A DNA stretch of 64,000 nt. Origin: an uncultured Prevotellaceae bacterium (GTDB lineage Bacteria > Bacteroidota > Bacteroidia > Bacteroidales > Bacteroidaceae). The notes beneath the pieces were generated by a model. The model had not been told where the DNA came from. It saw only the letters and a list, made by a program, of their open reading frames with translations, and did no database searches. Both the position numbers and the translations under genes were made by a program. Of the stretch, positions 61,322 to 64,000 are shown piece after piece. Where the stretch lies: assembly GCA_947167515.1 (NCBI GenBank), contig CAMVIM010000009.1, positions 8,522 to 72,521 of the forward strand, read 5' to 3'. Numbering within the stretch: position 1 is the first letter of the stretch; each line of letters opens with the position of its first letter.

Positions 61322-64000
61322 TCATTCGTCAACGAGGATAAAGGCAGCCCAGAAATAGGGATCCTCACCTTTGATTTCTTTGCCGTTTCGCACGAAGATG
61401 TGGTGTCGAATCTCGTCTTGCGCGGCTTGGAGTGCCTGCTGCTTGGTGGCACCCTGTACATAGTGCTTGTAGAAGGAGGTCATAAGCAGTTGGGTGGCTT
61501 CGTCATCCACCTCCCAAAGGCTGAGCAGCAGGGATTGTACACCCGCTTTCTTGAAGGAGCGTTGAAGACCAAACACGCCTTCACCCGTCACTTCTCCTAA
61601 CCCTGTCTGGCAGGCAGAGAGCACCACCAAATTGGTGCCGATGAGGTTGAGGTGGGAGATTTCTTCTGCCGTCAGAATGCCGTCGTTGCTGTTGCTGGGA
61701 TTGCTGCTGCCCCTCAAAGAGCTGGAGGGGTTGCTGGCGTTGTTGAATGCCGCCCATTGCTTGTTGCCTCCCGTGAAAATCAGGCCTGAACGATGCAGGT
61801 TGGTGTCGCCGCCATTGTTGAAAAAGCCGTGAGTGGCCACATGGATGATGCCGATGTGGGTGTTGGATAAATCTCGGAAGAGTTGCTCGGTGCCGGCATT
61901 GCTGGTGTTCATGCTCACGTTGTATTTTGCCTTCTGCATGATGGGGGCGATGTCTTCCACTTCCTTGAGAGTGCCGGGCAGGTTTTTCCAGTAGGCGGTA
62001 CCGACCGTTCGCTGGTTGGTGCTGCTCTTGGTGCTCCGTCCTCGTGTGGCGGCAGCGGCCAGTTCGATGTCGTCGGCTGATGCGTTGTAGTTAAATCCTC
62101 CGAACAGCGCGATGGATTTAGGGGGTGTGATGTTACGGCTTCTTTTGCTGACAATTTCTCGGGTGGAGGAAACTCGGTGCATGTGGTAAATCTCGTTGAT
62201 CCGCTTGCCGTTGGGAAGGGGCATGTACTCGATGGGCATCATGTGGAGGGTACCCGATGGCGCGAAATAGATGTGGTCGTTGGGGTGGAAGAGTTGCAGC
62301 AGTTCATCAGGCCATACATGGGAACGAGCAAACTGGTTGAATTCTCCTTTTTCAGCTCCATGGGTCAATTCGTCTTTGGTGATGGTGAAGAGCTTGATGT
62401 GGTAGGGCTGCTTCATTTCTTTGCGAAGCACTTCGGCTGAATAGCAAAAGCTTCCGTCTTCGTTCTCGGCACAGACGAACTCCACCGCCACGCTTTGTGG
62501 GTCAAGGGCATCTTGCACGTCCTTCCATAGGATGTTGGTGTAATTGAGAAAATCGCCATATTTTCGTGCCTCGTTCTGCACTTCCAGTTCGAGGGCTTGG
62601 CATTCCTTTCGTTGTGCCATGCTGAGATTGCTTTGCATCATCACTTGCAGGTACCTCATTTTCTGCTGCAGTTGTGGTGTCCCTTTTTCTTCCACGATGT
62701 GAGCCAGATTAATGCTGGCTTCGAGCAATTGTCCTTTTTGCAAGAGGGAGGCATCGTAGAGCAGGGAACCAATGTCATTGCTGCCGTGTTCCTGCGAGTT
62801 GTTCTGTCTTAGGATGCTGACCATGCGTGAATGGTCGAGTATGGCGTAGTTGCTGCGTTGCTCTTCTGACAGGAAAAGGAAGTTCTGCTTGGTGATTTCA
62901 CGTTGGAGGTTGAGCGTCTGGTTGAAGTAGGGACATGCCTGCATCAGTTTCTTGTCCGACTGGTAGGTTCTTCCGATGGTGAGGTAATACTGTCTGAGGG
63001 CTCCCTTACTAGGATTGACGAGTGTCTTGATGATTTTCTCGTTGATGGGCTCACTTTTGTATACTTCTTTGTAGTTTTTCTCCACACGCTCTATTTCCAT
63101 GCTGAAACTGAGGGCGTTGATGAAGTGGTCGCCAGCGGTGTTGAGGTGGAATGTGGGAGATTCCATGACTTCCTTGATGCGCTTCTTTGCCTCTTTCTTT
63201 TGCTGGGTGAACCACAGAGGATAGATGGAGTAGGCACGGTTGTTGTAGACGGGAAAGGACTTCTTGCCACAGGTCACTTTGAATAACTCATACCCTGCAT
63301 CGAATGCTTGGGTTGCTTGACTGTAGTCACCGCTGTTGATGGAGATAAAACCTGCCAGATTCATGAGGTCGGCCATTTCGCCGCAACCTCTGAATCCGAG
63401 GTTTTGATAGGTGCTGAAGCTTTGGGTATAATACTCTGTGGCAGTAGATAGGTCGTTCATGGAGTAGTATATCCATGCAATCTCCTTGAGTGTGTAGGCG
63501 TAGAGGTGGTTGTTCTTGCCGATGGTGTTTTCGAGTGCTTGGAGCGATTCACGCCAGTAGTGTAGCGATTGCTCGTAGTCTTCGGTGTTTTTGTAGATGT
63601 TGGCATAGGCTTGGAGTGCCAAGATGTACTCGATGGTTTTTTGGGGGTCTTTTTCCAGAATGTCTCCGTAGGATTCCTGAATGTCTTTGGTGTATTTCTC
63701 TATGCTCTTGATGCATCCCAGATAGTCGCGGCTAATAAGGGATGCTGAATAGAGGAGTTGGTCAATGGTGATGTTGATGTAGATGGCTCTCATGGCCGTT
63801 TCTACATCCAGTTCTCCTCGGCTTTGGATGGCTTCAATCCATTGCTTGCATGACTTGAGCGCCTTTTCGTGGAGCGTGACTACTTCTTGAGGATTGATGA
63901 AGAGACGGTTGGACACTTCTGCCAGATTGCACAAGGCCCATGCGTAGTTGTTGAGCAGGTGGATGTTGGCCTTGCCCTGAGGCGTTTCGAGCAGGCGTTC
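61322..64000 (-). CDS. TPR-repeat CHAT-domain (caspase-like) protease. The N-terminus lies beyond the window.
   Basis: The C-terminal domain has the His/Cys dyad context HVATHGFF and LVVLSACQTGLG. The N-terminal ~450 aa are TPR-like. The frame stays open from 63934 to position 64000. Confidence 0.8.
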   Translation of the reverse strand, partial: ERLLETPQGKANIHLLNNYAWALCNLAEVSNRLFINPQEVVTLHEKALKSCKQWIEAIQSRGELDVETAMRAIYINITIDQLLYSASLISRDYLGCIKSIEKYTKDIQESYGDILEKDPQKTIEYILALQAYANIYKNTEDYEQSLHYWRESLQALENTIGKNNHLYAYTLKEIAWIYYSMNDLSTATEYYTQSFSTYQNLGFRGCGEMADLMNLAGFISINSGDYSQATQAFDAGYELFKVTCGKKSFPVYNNRAYSIYPLWFTQQKKEAKKRIKEVMESPTFHLNTAGDHFINALSFSMEIERVEKNYKEVYKSEPINEKIIKTLVNPSKGALRQYYLTIGRTYQSDKKLMQACPYFNQTLNLQREITKQNFLFLSEEQRSNYAILDHSRMVSILRQNNSQEHGSNDIGSLLYDASLLQKGQLLEASINLAHIVEEKGTPQLQQKMRYLQVMMQSNLSMAQRKECQALELEVQNEARKYGDFLNYTNILWKDVQDALDPQSVAVEFVCAENEDGSFCYSAEVLRKEMKQPYHIKLFTITKDELTHGAEKGEFNQFARSHVWPDELLQLFHPNDHIYFAPSGTLHMMPIEYMPLPNGKRINEIYHMHRVSSTREIVSKRSRNITPPKSIALFGGFNYNASADDIELAAAATRGRSTKSSTNQRTVGTAYWKNLPGTLKEVEDIAPIMQKAKYNVSMNTSNAGTEQLFRDLSNTHIGIIHVATHGFFNNGGDTNLHRSGLIFTGGNKQWAAFNNASNPSSSLRGSSNPSNSNDGILTAEEISHLNLIGTNLVVLSACQTGLGEVTGEGVFGLQRSFKKAGVQSLLLSLWEVDDEATQLLMTSFYKHYVQGATKQQALQAAQDEIRHHIFVRNGKEIKGEDPYFWAAFILVDE

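Overview
The window looks like Bacteroidales (Prevotella-like) chromosomal DNA. Many genes are preceded by the Bacteroidetes TAnnTTTG -7 promoter box, exported proteins carry lipoprotein or SpI signals, and GH97, GH3 and GH105 glycan genes are present. I support about 52 protein genes. Reading by eye, I found no rRNA, tRNA or CRISPR array. The backbone is housekeeping (mfd, luxS, mtaB, rpe, comEC, nrnA, aroB, rfbC, rfbA, ilvE, myo-inositol-1-phosphate synthase, a PIF1/RecD-like helicase) plus glycan-utilisation and envelope genes. The envelope genes include three tandem TlpA-like thioredoxins and an ECF sigma / anti-sigma / outer-membrane receptor trio. Three accessory patches stand out. (1) At 45.29-50.85 kb lies a visibly AT-rich five-gene island bracketed by ~56-bp imperfect direct repeats. 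It encodes an HTH protein, a 2-TM protein, a 655-aa nuclease with seven zinc-ribbon modules around a PD-(D/E)xK core, and two unknown proteins. A ~1-kb repeat-dense non-coding region precedes it and a decayed YafQ toxin module follows it. This is my best candidate for an undescribed (defence-like) system. (2) At 10.33-11.91 kb a DUF3791/DUF3990/DUF3791-like three-gene cassette sits inside a ~77-bp duplication of the luxS 5' end. (3) At 13.75-14.68 kb an AT-rich patch holds a decayed GxxExxY gene flanked by ~90-bp direct repeats. Other notable items: a 119-bp palindromic element translated in-frame inside mtaB, with a degenerate copy inside the helicase gene; a two-copy 34-bp-stem hairpin element with a conserved loop; two frameshifted genes (SGNH esterase, yafQ); and a TPR-CHAT protease cut by the window edge. 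All functional calls come from reading the translations and recalling motifs. No database searches were run.
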